Source of the DNA: Vulcanimicrobiota bacterium
GTDB taxonomy: Bacteria; Vulcanimicrobiota; Xenobia; Xenobiales; JADMJV01
Length of the DNA: 64,000 nucleotides
Assembly (NCBI GenBank): GCA_041676625.1
Contig: JBAYRN010000011.1
Span: 2,564-66,563 of the forward strand
Direction: 5' to 3'
In this document: positions 33,990-43,525 of the stretch, piece by piece
Numbering within the stretch: the first letter of the stretch is position 1
Layout of the letters: every line of letters starts with the position of its first letter
Translations under genes and position numbers: made by a program
The notes under the pieces: model-generated
What the model was told of the DNA's origin: nothing
The model's database searches: none
The model's input: only the letters and a program-made list of their open reading frames with translations

Positions 33990-36449
33990 TCAGGCGGGAC
34001 TCTTGGCTCTCACCAGGACTTCCTGGACGATAGGTTTGATCATTCGTTCTTTCAAAGTTTTGGAAGGCGCTACCATGTTTCGACCGCCTCGTTTGGCCAC
34101 GTAAAGCGCGTCGTCGGCGGCTTTGGCCAGGTCCTTTTTGGTCAGGGCGTCGGTGGGGAAGCAGGCCAGTCCGATGGACGAAGTGACCTGAACCTGGTGG
34201 CCCCCAAATCGAAGCTGGAAGGCTTCCCGAACCCGCTCACACATGCGCAGGGCCTCCTCCTTGGAAGCTTTGAGCAAGAGGGCGAATTCGTCTCCGCCGT
34301 AGCGGGCCACGATGTCCTGAGAGCGCACCTTGTCTTTCAAAAGCGAGGCGATGTCCTTCAGGAGCGCGTCGCCCGCGGGGTGGCCCAGGGTGTCGTTGTA
34401 GGTCTTGAAGTTGTCGCAGTCCACCATGCAGAGCACCAGTTGCTGCTTGTTCTGGGCGGCTTTTTCCATCTCCTGACCCAGTTTTTCCTGAAAGAGCCGG
34501 TGGGTGTACAGCCCGGTCAGACCGTCGGTCAGGGCCTGCTGCTGGGTCTGCTCGTAGAGCCGGGCATTCTTCAGGGCCATCGCGGTCTGATAAGAAACCG
34601 TCTCGATGAGGTTTCCGTGGTCGTCGGTCAGGGCGTTGGGCTCGGCGGCCCCCACGTAGAGCACCCCCAGGAGCTCTTGCTCGCTTTCCCCTTTGGACTC
34701 ATCTTCGCTGGCGCTGGACAACAGGGGAGCCACCACCACCGACTGTTCGGCGCTACCCAGCAGGCCACGGTGCTCGGCGTGCGAGGTGTTTCGGACCAGT
34801 TGGGTCTGCCGGGTGGAGATGGCCTGACCCAGTAAGCCCTCGTCATCTCGGGGGGCCAGTTTGTCCACGTAGCCGTCGTAGGGGGTGTCGGAGAATTCGG
34901 CCTTCAGGGCGTGGCCGTCCGAGGTGGGCGATTTGTCGTGGGTGAAGAGGATCACGCTCTGGGCCGGCGTCATCTTTTTCAGAGCTTCGGCAACCACTTT
35001 GATGGTGGTGCTGGTGTTGAGGGTGGCACCCATCTTTTGACCCATCACCTGAAGCTCGGCCAGTTGAGCGTTCTTGGCTTCCACGTACTGGCGAATATTT
35101 TTTTCTTTGTGCAGTCGCTGTTCGTTGTCTTCGAACAGCATGGCGGTTTTGATCGAGGGGGCCGCCAGAGCGGCGATCATCTTCAGGTGCTTCTTGTGTT
35201 CTTCATTGTGGGTCCGAGGGTTGAGGGAGCCCACGTAGATCACTCCGATGCTTTCCTTGCTGACTAGCAAGGGTACGCATAGAGCGGAGCGCTCGTCCTT
35301 GAAAATCCGGCCTTCCTGGGAAGAGCCGATGTCCGGCTTCAATTGGGCCTTGCGATTATTAAAGACCTGCTTGATCAGCGCCTCCTCCAGTTGCAGGAGG
35401 TGAGACATATTGAGCACCTGCTCGACCTGGGAATCGGTGTCCTTGTAGACCGCTTCCAGGGTGTCGTTTTTCTGTAGAAAGATCACGCAGGAGCGGTAGG
35501 GGATGCGCAGAGTCTTGACCATGTAGGCGACCACACTGAGGGTATCTTCCACTTTGGTAGAAGCCCCCAGGCCATCGGCCATGGTGTAAACGCTTCGCAG
35601 TTCTCCTACCGCCTGGTCCTTTTCTTCCTTGACCGTGGAGAGCTGGTCGTCCAGCATCCTTTTCTGGGCCCTGGCCTGGTTGAGAGAAACTTCGATCTGC
35701 CGTTGATCGCCAACCACGATCTCGTCGATGTAGTACTGGGCCGTGTTGCGAAAGGCCAGACCGACCAGCGCCACCGCTACCACTGCCAGGACGCTGTGCT
35801 GGACTTCCTCCTGTTGCACCAGGCCGGAGCCCGCGATCCCCACTAGCGGTGCCAAAGCCAGGATCGCTTTGCCGGAGAGCGGGGTCTGCTCCCACAGGTT
35901 GACGGTTTCGCTCTCCTCGCATGAACTCATGAGAGGGCCCACCACGAAGGCATCCAGGGCAAGCCATAGGCCGTATCCGGCCCCGGCACCCACCAGGATG
36001 CCCAGGCCCGCCCGGATGGCTCCCAGCATAATGGCTCCGACCAGGGCCACTCTCAGGATATTAAATCCCAACCCAGCCAGGCGGGTATTCATGGAGTAAG
36101 CGTGATGCTCCGAATTGGGCGCGATGAAGCGCCCCAAGGAGCAGAGGCCGGCGGCGCAGACTCCCAGCCCCAGGGAAAGCAGCAACTTCTGGGTGCCTTC
36201 ACCCGGCACGCTGTCGCTGAACAGTACCAGGAAATAGAGGGCCGAGGCCAGGGAGTAGTAACCGATGGCCGAAAGCGAATAAGAGAGACCCTCTAGGAGC
36301 AGTCCCGCCACGATGGCACAGATGAGAGCGGGGCCCCAGATAACTTTGGGTAAGACAAGGACGGCCGACACGGCCGTGACGGCCAATCCGATGACGGCCA
36401 AAAGGCCGGGTATGAACTTATTCGTAGCAGCTTTATCGCTCGACATCAA
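33990..36449 (-). CDS. Membrane-anchored GAF-GAF-GGDEF diguanylate cyclase
   Basis: About 7 N-terminal TM helices, two GAF-like regions, then LTGLYTHRLF..DCDNFKTYNDTLGHPAGD..RYGGDEFALLL. Confidence 0.85.
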   Translation of the reverse strand: MMSSDKAATNKFIPGLLAVIGLAVTAVSAVLVLPKVIWGPALICAIVAGLLLEGLSYSLSAIGYYSLASALYFLVLFSDSVPGEGTQKLLLSLGLGVCAAGLCSLGRFIAPNSEHHAYSMNTRLAGLGFNILRVALVGAIMLGAIRAGLGILVGAGAGYGLWLALDAFVVGPLMSSCEESETVNLWEQTPLSGKAILALAPLVGIAGSGLVQQEEVQHSVLAVVAVALVGLAFRNTAQYYIDEIVVGDQRQIEVSLNQARAQKRMLDDQLSTVKEEKDQAVGELRSVYTMADGLGASTKVEDTLSVVAYMVKTLRIPYRSCVIFLQKNDTLEAVYKDTDSQVEQVLNMSHLLQLEEALIKQVFNNRKAQLKPDIGSSQEGRIFKDERSALCVPLLVSKESIGVIYVGSLNPRTHNEEHKKHLKMIAALAAPSIKTAMLFEDNEQRLHKEKNIRQYVEAKNAQLAELQVMGQKMGATLNTSTTIKVVAEALKKMTPAQSVILFTHDKSPTSDGHALKAEFSDTPYDGYVDKLAPRDDEGLLGQAISTRQTQLVRNTSHAEHRGLLGSAEQSVVVAPLLSSASEDESKGESEQELLGVLYVGAAEPNALTDDHGNLIETVSYQTAMALKNARLYEQTQQQALTDGLTGLYTHRLFQEKLGQEMEKAAQNKQQLVLCMVDCDNFKTYNDTLGHPAGDALLKDIASLLKDKVRSQDIVARYGGDEFALLLKASKEEALRMCERVREAFQLRFGGHQVQVTSSIGLACFPTDALTKKDLAKAADDALYVAKRGGRNMVAPSKTLKERMIKPIVQEVLVRAKSPA

Positions 36450-36504
36450 AGGCGTCCCAAACGTAGAAAACTTCGGTGGACGAGCGAGTCTACCTTTCTT
36501 TTTT

Positions 36505-36924
36505 TTACCCCGCCGCGTTTCGGCGGGTGGTCTCTTCCTGGTAGCGGATCACCCCTCCGTCGAAGCGAAACCAGGCTTTGGCAACGGTGGAGTAGTTTCG
36601 CTGCTCGGGATCTACGGTCTTCTTGATGATGGCAAGCTTGGAACGGGTGGTTCTGAGGGTCAGTTCCACCGAACCGGCGCGGCCTTGCTCGGTCTTGCGA
36701 ACGCCCAGGGCACGCAGGTCGCCGCGCTTGCTGAAGCGGGCTGCTCCGCTGACCACGACGTTTTCGTTTTCGGGCAAAGAGAGCGCTTGCAGACGTACCC
36801 GGTCGGACTGGCGAGAGCGATCGTGCTCGGTGTCTCGATACTCCAGCATCAGGTGAGCAAACCGCTCCACCTCCTGTCTTAAATTCAAAGCTTGCTCGAT
36901 TCGCTCCATCGTTTCCATAATCAT
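36505..36924 (-). CDS. Hypothetical protein
   Basis: 139-aa ORF upstream of, and co-oriented with, the GGDEF gene. No recognised motif. Confidence 0.45.
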   Translation of the reverse strand: MIMETMERIEQALNLRQEVERFAHLMLEYRDTEHDRSRQSDRVRLQALSLPENENVVVSGAARFSKRGDLRALGVRKTEQGRAGSVELTLRTTRSKLAIIKKTVDPEQRNYSTVAKAWFRFDGGVIRYQEETTRRNAAG

Positions 36925-37011
36925 GACCCTCTCGTTGAATGCTATGGGTCGATGGTATCGGGAAGCGATAGAGGCAGAATAACTTCCGGCCGAAAAGATG
37001 TTACAAAGTTG

Positions 37012-39360
37012 TTAAGGTCTTTCGATGAGCCCTTCCAAACCGTTATAGGCCGGAAAGTTGGGGGGCAACCCGAGATCTGCGTGGTTGGCTCCCGAGCAGT
37101 GGAAGTAATAGACCTCCCATTGGCTACCGTCCGGCTGCTCGGTGCGGTAGCTCTCGCTGTAAGTGTCTCGACCGGCGGCGGGGCATTGGGGCATGGTCTT
37201 TAAGTAGTTGGGAGTGATCTTGGAGATGTCTTGAGGATAGCGACCGGAGTAGTCGGTGGAGTACATCTCCAGGGCGGTCCCTATATTCTTCTGGTTGGAC
37301 TTGCAGGCAGTGAGTTGGCCCTGGCCACGAGCGCGCACGAAGTTTGGTACCATGATGGCGGCTGCCACCCCGACCAGACCGGCGTTGGAGATTCCTCGGG
37401 CTCGATACCGCAACCCCTGCGGTTGGACCACCAGGCAGGAGGCACCTTCCAGGTCGGGGATCTGGGCTCGGAGCTTCTCCAGCACGGCCAGCCCGGCCCT
37501 GGCTTCGGGGTCGTCGCTCTCTTTGAGAATCTTCAGCAGTTCCTGATAAGCCGGTTCGAGGTTCGTGTAATCGAAGTAAACGATCCCGTCTTTGCCCCAG
37601 GACATCAACTCTTTGACCACTTCCCTCTGGGCCAGGCTACCGGAGGCGGTGTCCAACAGTTTCGAGCCTTCCGGGCCGTAGGAGGCGATAGCCATAGGAG
37701 TCTCCTGGTTGCTCAGCTTGAAAGTGAGTCCGGGCAGAAACATGAGTGACGGAGGAGAGTAGGACTGCTCTTCGCCTTTTTTGGGAGGCTCTCCGCCGAT
37801 TTGAAGGAGTTTGTTGATAAAGGCGTGGCCGGTATCGGCATCGGTCAGGCTAGCCACCACCACGGTGGACGGAGTCTTTTCTTCAACGACCGACTCTTCT
37901 TCAGCGAAGGTCGCACCACCGTCTTCCAGGCCTGTGATGGAGTTGTAGGAAGGATAGTTTTCGGCGGTCTCCGGGTGGTTTTTCCCCTGACAGCAAAAGT
38001 AGTAGTAGTCCGGGAAGCCTTCTTCGTTCCCGGACGCTTCAGGTCCGGTCTGGAGACTGGCGGAGTAAATGTCCCGACCTGCGGTGGGACACTCGGGGAT
38101 GGTTTTCAGGTAGTTGGGGGTGAGCAGGGCCGTCGTGCTCGGGTAGCGGCCAGACCAATCGGTGGCGTACATCTCCATCGCCACCCCGATGTTCTTCAGG
38201 TTGGACTTACAGGCGGTGAGCTGACCCTGATCTCGGGCCTTAGAAAAGTTTGTCGACAAGCTGGATACCAGGGTCTCGGGGGCGTTGCCCGCGACTGTCA
38301 GATCACCCCGAAAGGCCGCCCAGGGATCGCCCTGGGACATCAGGCCCATCCCCACCAGGCCGGCCTGCCCCCGCATTTCCGGTGAGAGCTGGGCCAGCTT
38401 CAAGACGGTGTTGATGCTCCACTTGAGGTCAAAGCTATTGAGGTTCGTGGCATCTCCGGAAATGGCTTGAAGCGAGGTGGAACTCAGGGTGCCTGGAATC
38501 AGAAGCTGTTTGGCGAATTCGGTCTCTCCGCTCACCTTGGTGAAGCCGTCCACCTGAGCCCCGGCGAAGTCGGTGGAGGCGATCACGTATTCCAGGGCGG
38601 CCAGGTCGGTGAAGGTTTTTTCATCGGTGCCTTCTGCACCGCTGGCTTTCACCTGCTCCACCAGCTTGTTTACCGGCACAAATACAAAGGCTCCCGACGA
38701 TGGGTTCTCCAGCCGCTCTACCCCCTCTTTAAAGGCCGGGAGAGTATCGAGGGTTTGCCCGCTTCCTTTCACATTGGCCAGAAGTTTCTTGGCGTTTTCC
38801 TGGGTGTCTGCGATATACAGCCACTGGGGATCGTGGCCTATCAAGGGTGGGTTCTCTCCCACGGAGACGAAGGTGACTCCGTCGAGGTCGTGTGTTTGTA
38901 AAGGCTCGCCATAGCTTTCGGCTTGCTTCGTCCACCATTCGTCGAACTTCGCCCCGTCCTGGAGTCCCACTGCCGCCATGATTCCTGACTCGTTGGCCGC
39001 ATCCGGGACGACAGCCAGAAACCCTCGGCCATCGTACATCTGGAGCCAGGCTTCCAGACTCATACCCAGCTCCTGCTCAAAGCCGACGAGATCGGTCTGG
39101 GCCGTTTCCGGGAGGTCTTTTTGAATCTCCTTGAAGTCCTTGACCCAGCCCACGTAGTCGAGCTGACCGTTCAGGTCCCAGCCCCAGGCAAACTGAGAGT
39201 CCGCAGGCATCATGGCGGCTAGCTCCAGGGCGGAACCACCGCTTTTCCCCGGCCCCTTCTTTTGCATGAAAAAGTAGGCAGCGACGACCGCCAAGATCAC
39301 TAGAACGACCCCGATTATGGCCGCGGCGGCGCCTCTTTTGGTGTGGTTTAGACTTCTCAT
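37012..39360 (-). CDS. N-terminally anchored 782-aa protein containing two internal type IV pilin/pseudopilin-like modules
   Basis: MRSLNHTKRGAAAAIIGVVLVILAVVAAYFF anchor. Module A (nt 37921-38274) and module B (nt 37015-37383) share ..F.(K/R)AR.QGQLTACKSN.KNIG.A(M/L)EMY(A/S)TD(W/Y)SGRYP...TPNYLKT.P.CP.AGRD.YS.S... Module B keeps the pilin alpha-1-like GLVGVAAAIMVPNF. ATG at 39360 chosen to avoid overlap with the upstream gene. Confidence 0.6.
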   Translation of the reverse strand: MRSLNHTKRGAAAAIIGVVLVILAVVAAYFFMQKKGPGKSGGSALELAAMMPADSQFAWGWDLNGQLDYVGWVKDFKEIQKDLPETAQTDLVGFEQELGMSLEAWLQMYDGRGFLAVVPDAANESGIMAAVGLQDGAKFDEWWTKQAESYGEPLQTHDLDGVTFVSVGENPPLIGHDPQWLYIADTQENAKKLLANVKGSGQTLDTLPAFKEGVERLENPSSGAFVFVPVNKLVEQVKASGAEGTDEKTFTDLAALEYVIASTDFAGAQVDGFTKVSGETEFAKQLLIPGTLSSTSLQAISGDATNLNSFDLKWSINTVLKLAQLSPEMRGQAGLVGMGLMSQGDPWAAFRGDLTVAGNAPETLVSSLSTNFSKARDQGQLTACKSNLKNIGVAMEMYATDWSGRYPSTTALLTPNYLKTIPECPTAGRDIYSASLQTGPEASGNEEGFPDYYYFCCQGKNHPETAENYPSYNSITGLEDGGATFAEEESVVEEKTPSTVVVASLTDADTGHAFINKLLQIGGEPPKKGEEQSYSPPSLMFLPGLTFKLSNQETPMAIASYGPEGSKLLDTASGSLAQREVVKELMSWGKDGIVYFDYTNLEPAYQELLKILKESDDPEARAGLAVLEKLRAQIPDLEGASCLVVQPQGLRYRARGISNAGLVGVAAAIMVPNFVRARGQGQLTACKSNQKNIGTALEMYSTDYSGRYPQDISKITPNYLKTMPQCPAAGRDTYSESYRTEQPDGSQWEVYYFHCSGANHADLGLPPNFPAYNGLEGLIERP

Positions 39361-39388
39361 AAGACCCTCCCGGATTAGGAGTGAAGCT

Positions 39389-39922
39389 TTAGGAGTTGAG
39401 CGGTAAACACCTTCCCAGGGACTCCTTGTAGAGTTGTCCACGGGACACATAACCGGCCACGTTTCTTGCAATGGCGGCCAATTCACGCTCCTGCAATGCT
39501 CTTATCTTGCGGGCCGGAACTCCCATATAGAGGTGACCCTTTTCCAGGTGCTTGTTCTCCGCCACCAGCGCCCCGGCCCCCACCAGGCAGCCGTCCGGCA
39601 CGACCGCTCCGTTTAAAATGGTGGCCCCGATCCCGATCAGGCAACCCTCTCCGATGGTGCAACCGTGCAGCACGGCCCGATGACCGATCACGCTCCCTGC
39701 TCCCACCCGACACGGGTAGCCGGGATCCACGTGGATGATCACCCCGTCCTGAATGTTGGACCGAGTTCCTATTTCGATGACCTCGTTGTCAGCTCGCAAG
39801 ACGGCTTGAAACCAGACGGAAGCATCTTCTGCCAGGCTGACCCTTCCGATCAGATCAGCCGAGGAAGCCACGAAACACGAAGGGTGTATGGCGGGTTCAT
39901 GATTTTCAAGACGATAGATCAT
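39389..39922 (-). CDS. Gamma-class carbonic anhydrase / left-handed beta-helix (LbH) family protein
   Basis: MIYRLENHEPAIHPSCFVASSADLIGRVSLAEDASVWFQAVLRAD..IGTRSNIQDGVIIH..IGHRAVLHGCTIG. Start taken at the ATG at 39922. Confidence 0.8.
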   Translation of the reverse strand: MIYRLENHEPAIHPSCFVASSADLIGRVSLAEDASVWFQAVLRADNEVIEIGTRSNIQDGVIIHVDPGYPCRVGAGSVIGHRAVLHGCTIGEGCLIGIGATILNGAVVPDGCLVGAGALVAENKHLEKGHLYMGVPARKIRALQERELAAIARNVAGYVSRGQLYKESLGRCLPLNS

Positions 39923-39971
39923 CGTTAATTCTCCTGCAGGTGAGGTCGCATTGCGATAGAACGAGGTTTTT

Positions 39972-40586
39972 GTGAAAAAGATTCTGACTCTAATTCTAAT
40001 TTCATTCATTGTCGCAGGGGTGGGCTGCCAGGGTTCTCCCAGTGCCGGGGCAGGCCCCGTCAAGACCTACCAGATGTTGGATGGCAGTATCGCTTTCGCC
40101 ACTCCTACTTCCCCCTGGGAAGAGAAGGTTCAGACCCTGGGTGAGGACGTCGGGGAGTTGGGGGATCCGATCCCGGCCGAAACGGTTCTCGGAATCACCT
40201 TTAGGCGGCCCGGCAAAGACGGATTGATCGCAGTGGGAGTACTGGGGCAGCAGCAGAACGAGAAGGGCGAGTTCGTCGAACTCGAAAACGATCAGGAGAT
40301 GCTCAATCAGATTGCCCTCTCGGTAGAGAAGCGCGAAGGTAAGCGCACCAAAGAAGAGTACATCAAGGTCCTGGGCGTCAACGCTTTTCGCATGGTCTTT
40401 GAAGTCGGGGAAGGGGAGCGGTTGCAGAAGGGTGAGCAAGTTCACTTCACCAAAGACGGCAAGCACTACAGCCTGTCGATCTTGCTCCCGGCTCAGGATT
40501 ATGACGCCGAGATCGGCCAGTTCCGCAATCTGGTTTCAAGCTTCAATATCGTGTCCGATGGCAAGGCCGACCCGGAAGAGTCTTAA
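39972..40586 (+). CDS. Lipoprotein, hypothetical
   Basis: GTG start. Lipobox LISFIVAGVGC. Confidence 0.6.
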   Translation: MKKILTLILISFIVAGVGCQGSPSAGAGPVKTYQMLDGSIAFATPTSPWEEKVQTLGEDVGELGDPIPAETVLGITFRRPGKDGLIAVGVLGQQQNEKGEFVELENDQEMLNQIALSVEKREGKRTKEEYIKVLGVNAFRMVFEVGEGERLQKGEQVHFTKDGKHYSLSILLPAQDYDAEIGQFRNLVSSFNIVSDGKADPEES

Positions 40587-40614
40587 CGCGCTGGTACAGT
40601 TCTCTACTCAAATG

Positions 40615-40644
40615 AAAAAAGGCTCCGAATATCGGGGCCTTTTT
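40615..40644. terminator. Bidirectional rho-independent terminator
   Basis: AAAAAA-GGCTCCG-aatat-CGGGGCC-TTTTT, between convergent genes ending at 40586 (+) and 40664 (-). Confidence 0.65.
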
Positions 40645-40663
40645 CGTGGGGTATGGAAAGATG

Positions 40664-40912
40664 TTACGACGCGGTCTCGACGGCACGTTTTTCAACGTAC
40701 GCGACTGCTTCTTTCATATTGGTAATCTTTTCCGTGTCCTCGTCCGGGATCTCGATCTCGAACTCGGTTTCGAAAGCCATCACCATCTCCACATTGTCCA
40801 GAGAGTCGGCTCCCAAGTCCTCAACGAAGTGAGCAGTGGGGGTCACTTGCTCTTCCTCTACGTTGAGCTGTTCGACGATGATCTTCTTTATGCGTTCTTC
40901 AATGTCAGACAT
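40664..40912 (-). CDS. acpP: Acyl carrier protein
   Basis: [48 protein letters not shown].. with the DSLD phosphopantetheine site. Confidence 0.95.
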   Translation of the reverse strand: MSDIEERIKKIIVEQLNVEEEQVTPTAHFVEDLGADSLDNVEMVMAFETEFEIEIPDEDTEKITNMKEAVAYVEKRAVETAS

Positions 40913-40928
40913 AATTTCCTCCGAGGGC

Positions 40929-41669
40929 TCACAGCATTCCACCGTCAACGTTCAAAACCTGCCCTGTAATGTAATCGCTTTCGGGGTGAGCCAAGAAGCC
41001 CACCGCCCTGGCGATGTCTTTCGGTAGCCCCATTCGACCCAGCGGAACCTGACCGAGGATGCCTTCCTTGACTTTGTCTGGAAGGGAGTCGGTCATGTCC
41101 GTCTCGATGTAGCCGGGGGCTACCGCGTTCACGGTGATGTTTCTGGCTCCTAATTCCCTGGCCAGCGATCTTGTAAACCCGATCAGCCCGGCTTTACTGG
41201 CGGCGTAATTCGATTGGCCGGCGTTGCCCCGGATCCCGATCACCGAAGTGATGTTGATGATGCGTCCGTAGCGGGCTTTTAGCATGCTCTTGGAGACGGT
41301 TCGGGTCAATAGAAAAGCCGCCCGCAGGTTGAGATTAAGAACCTCGTCCCAGTGCTCGTCTTTCATGCGCAGCAGCACGTTGTCCCGGGTCATCCCGGCG
41401 TTGTTGACAAGAATAGACGGGCCGGTAGCAGCGAAGTCGGCGGCGACCTTTTCGGCCTGCTGAGGATCGGACAGGTCTGCTGCCCAGGCGGTGGCCTGGT
41501 GACCGGCCTGCTGGATCTCCTGGACCGCCGAGTCCAGTTGCTCCTGGGAGCGAGCTACCAGGTAGACGTGGGCTCCCTGTTCGGCCAGATGCTGGGCGAT
41601 GGCTCGGCCGATACCCCGACCGGCCCCGGTTACCAGGGCGTTTTGCCCTTCAAGAATGTTTTTACTCAT
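40929..41669 (-). CDS. fabG: 3-oxoacyl-ACP reductase
   Basis: [52 protein letters not shown] overlap with fabH. Confidence 0.9.
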   Translation of the reverse strand: MSKNILEGQNALVTGAGRGIGRAIAQHLAEQGAHVYLVARSQEQLDSAVQEIQQAGHQATAWAADLSDPQQAEKVAADFAATGPSILVNNAGMTRDNVLLRMKDEHWDEVLNLNLRAAFLLTRTVSKSMLKARYGRIINITSVIGIRGNAGQSNYAASKAGLIGFTRSLARELGARNITVNAVAPGYIETDMTDSLPDKVKEGILGQVPLGRMGLPKDIARAVGFLAHPESDYITGQVLNVDGGML

Positions 41670-42685
41670 GCGGCTCCAGCCTTTGCATCGGAACTGGAGA
41701 CTCCTCCCCAACGAAAGACCAGGGCGCCCCAGGCCAACCCTCCGCCGAAACCGACCAGGACAACCTTTGAACCCTCTCGGATCCGGCCTTCTTCCAGAGC
41801 TTCCGACAGTGCTAACGGGATGGAGGCGCAGGAGGTGTTGCCGTAGCGTTGGAGGTTGACGAACACCTTTTCATCGCTCAGGTCCAGGCGCTTGGCCGCA
41901 GCTTCGATGATGCGACTGTTGGCCTGGTGAGGGATAAAGAGATCGATTTCGTCGGGTCGGATGCCGGCTTTTTCGGCGGCCCGCACGGCGGCGTTTCCCA
42001 TGACCTGAACGGCGAAACGGAAGACCTCGCGACCGTTCATCTGGAGGGTGAAGTCCTGGGGCACCAATCCGTCTTCGCCCACGGGGTGTGCCCCGGCTCC
42101 CGCCGGGATCCGCAGGTGCTCGGCCCCCTGCCCATCGGAGCCGAGCTCCTGAGCCAGCAGGCCGTAGCCCTCCTGGACCTCGCCGAGGAGCACCGCCCCC
42201 GCTCCGTCTCCGAAGAGCACACAGGTGCCGCGGTCGTTCCAGTTCATGACCCTGCTCATCACGTCGGCTCCCACCACCAACACCTTGCGGGCCAGGCCGC
42301 AAGCCACGTAGCCGCATCCTAAAGCCAGGGCGTAAGTAAAGCCCGAGCAGGCGATCGAGACATCGAAAGCACCGGCGTTCTTGGCTCCCAGTTCAGCCTG
42401 GACCCGGCAGGAGATGGCAGGCAGGATGCTGTCGGGCGTCATGGTGGCAACGATGATGAGGTCCAACTCCTCGGCTGCACAACCAGCTTTTTCCAGAACA
42501 CGCAAAGCAGCGACGGTGCCGAGGCTGGCTGTCGTCTCGTTGTCCGAGGCGACCCGTCGCTCATGAATGCCGGTGCGAGAGCGGATCCACTCGTCGGTGG
42601 TATCTAGCTTTTCCTCGAGCTCCTTGTTGGTCAGAACCCGCTCGGGAACGTAATGGGAAGCAGCTAGAATGCCGACAGGCTTCAT
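41666..42685 (-). CDS. fabH: Beta-ketoacyl-ACP synthase III
   Basis: TDEWIRSRTGIHERR, ACSGFTYAL (active-site Cys), IPHQANSRI, YGNTSCASIP. Confidence 0.9.
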   Translation of the reverse strand: MKPVGILAASHYVPERVLTNKELEEKLDTTDEWIRSRTGIHERRVASDNETTASLGTVAALRVLEKAGCAAEELDLIIVATMTPDSILPAISCRVQAELGAKNAGAFDVSIACSGFTYALALGCGYVACGLARKVLVVGADVMSRVMNWNDRGTCVLFGDGAGAVLLGEVQEGYGLLAQELGSDGQGAEHLRIPAGAGAHPVGEDGLVPQDFTLQMNGREVFRFAVQVMGNAAVRAAEKAGIRPDEIDLFIPHQANSRIIEAAAKRLDLSDEKVFVNLQRYGNTSCASIPLALSEALEEGRIREGSKVVLVGFGGGLAWGALVFRWGGVSSSDAKAGAA

Positions 42686-42695
42686 CTAGAAATCG

Positions 42696-42884
42696 CTACT
42701 CTTCGTCTTCTTGTTGAGACCAAATCTGCCGATCGCGATAGGTGTAGCAAGAGCGGCACACCGTGTGGGGTAGCGTAGGCGCAGAGCAATTCTTACAAGG
42801 AATCACATTGGGCGCTGTCAAGGCGAGGTGAGAGCGCCTCTTTCTGGTCCTAGAACGCGATAGTTTGTATTTAGGTTCAGCCAT
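42696..42884 (-). CDS. rpmF: 50S ribosomal protein L32
   Basis: MAEPKYKLSRSRTRKRRSH...CKNCSAPTLPHTVCRSC (zinc-ribbon form). Confidence 0.9.
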   Translation of the reverse strand: MAEPKYKLSRSRTRKRRSHLALTAPNVIPCKNCSAPTLPHTVCRSCYTYRDRQIWSQQEDEE

Positions 42885-42898
42885 CTTTCGTGGTCCTC

Positions 42899-43426
42899 CT
42901 AGTTAAGACTCGGTTTTGAGTCTTTCCTTTTTAGCTCGCCGAGGGCAGCCCAGCGAGGGTCTATGTCTTTTTCTTTGCAATGACAGGAGCCGGTGTTCAG
43001 GTCGCAACCGCACTGGTCGCACATCCCCTGGCACTCGCCTCCCCGGCAGATGGGCTGCATGGGCACAGCTGCCAGAAAATTTTGCCTCAGCATTTCGTTC
43101 AGGGGCAGACGATCCTCCTTGTAGGTCAAGACCTCGAAGGTGTCCAGCCCTGAAACGTCGGCTTCTGGACTATGTTCGGGCACGAAGTTTTCCTCCACCT
43201 CAATCTCGAGAGGCAAAAGAAAGTCTTCATTGCACCGGGCGCAAACCGCTTTGACTTCCGCCGAGGCCTTGCCTTGAACCAGAATTCTGGTCTCAGCATT
43301 GGTCAGCTTCAGATCGACCGAGACGGGACCCACGATTTCCAGATCGGAGCACCTGAGCTCCTCCTCGGTTTCGTAGTCCATCCACTTTCCGGCACCTTGC
43401 TGGATCTCGTTGATGCGTACGTACAC
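42899..43426 (-). CDS. yceD: YceD/DUF177 family protein
   Basis: 175 aa with a CxxC..C-rich C-terminus (CRGGECQGMCDQCGCDLN). It sits in the conserved position upstream of rpmF. GTG start with AGAGG 9 nt upstream. Confidence 0.8.
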   Translation of the reverse strand: MYVRINEIQQGAGKWMDYETEEELRCSDLEIVGPVSVDLKLTNAETRILVQGKASAEVKAVCARCNEDFLLPLEIEVEENFVPEHSPEADVSGLDTFEVLTYKEDRLPLNEMLRQNFLAAVPMQPICRGGECQGMCDQCGCDLNTGSCHCKEKDIDPRWAALGELKRKDSKPSLN

Positions 43427-43496
43427 GGGGGCCGCCTCTTTCAGCTAACCTGCGACGATGGTGCGGCGCGGGTCGGCTCGGTTTGCACAGATGCGT

Positions 43497-43525
43497 AGTA
43501 TAATGAGACAGCCGGGGGCTGTCAA
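43497..43525 (-). promoter_or_regulatory. Near-consensus sigma70-type promoter for yceD-rpmF-fab genes
   Basis: The minus strand reads TTGACA (43525-43520), a 17-nt spacer, then TATACT (43502-43497), about 70 nt upstream of the yceD start. Confidence 0.5.

Noticed and set aside
39361-39486. Longer N-terminus for the pilin-module protein, and 39923-40063 for the gamma-CA-like gene
   Set aside because: The extensions overlap neighbouring genes or the divergent lipoprotein promoter region and add non-conserved residues. Internal ATGs give a sensible TM anchor (MRSLNHTKRGAAAAIIGVV..) and the canonical LbH N-terminus (MIYRLENHEP..).
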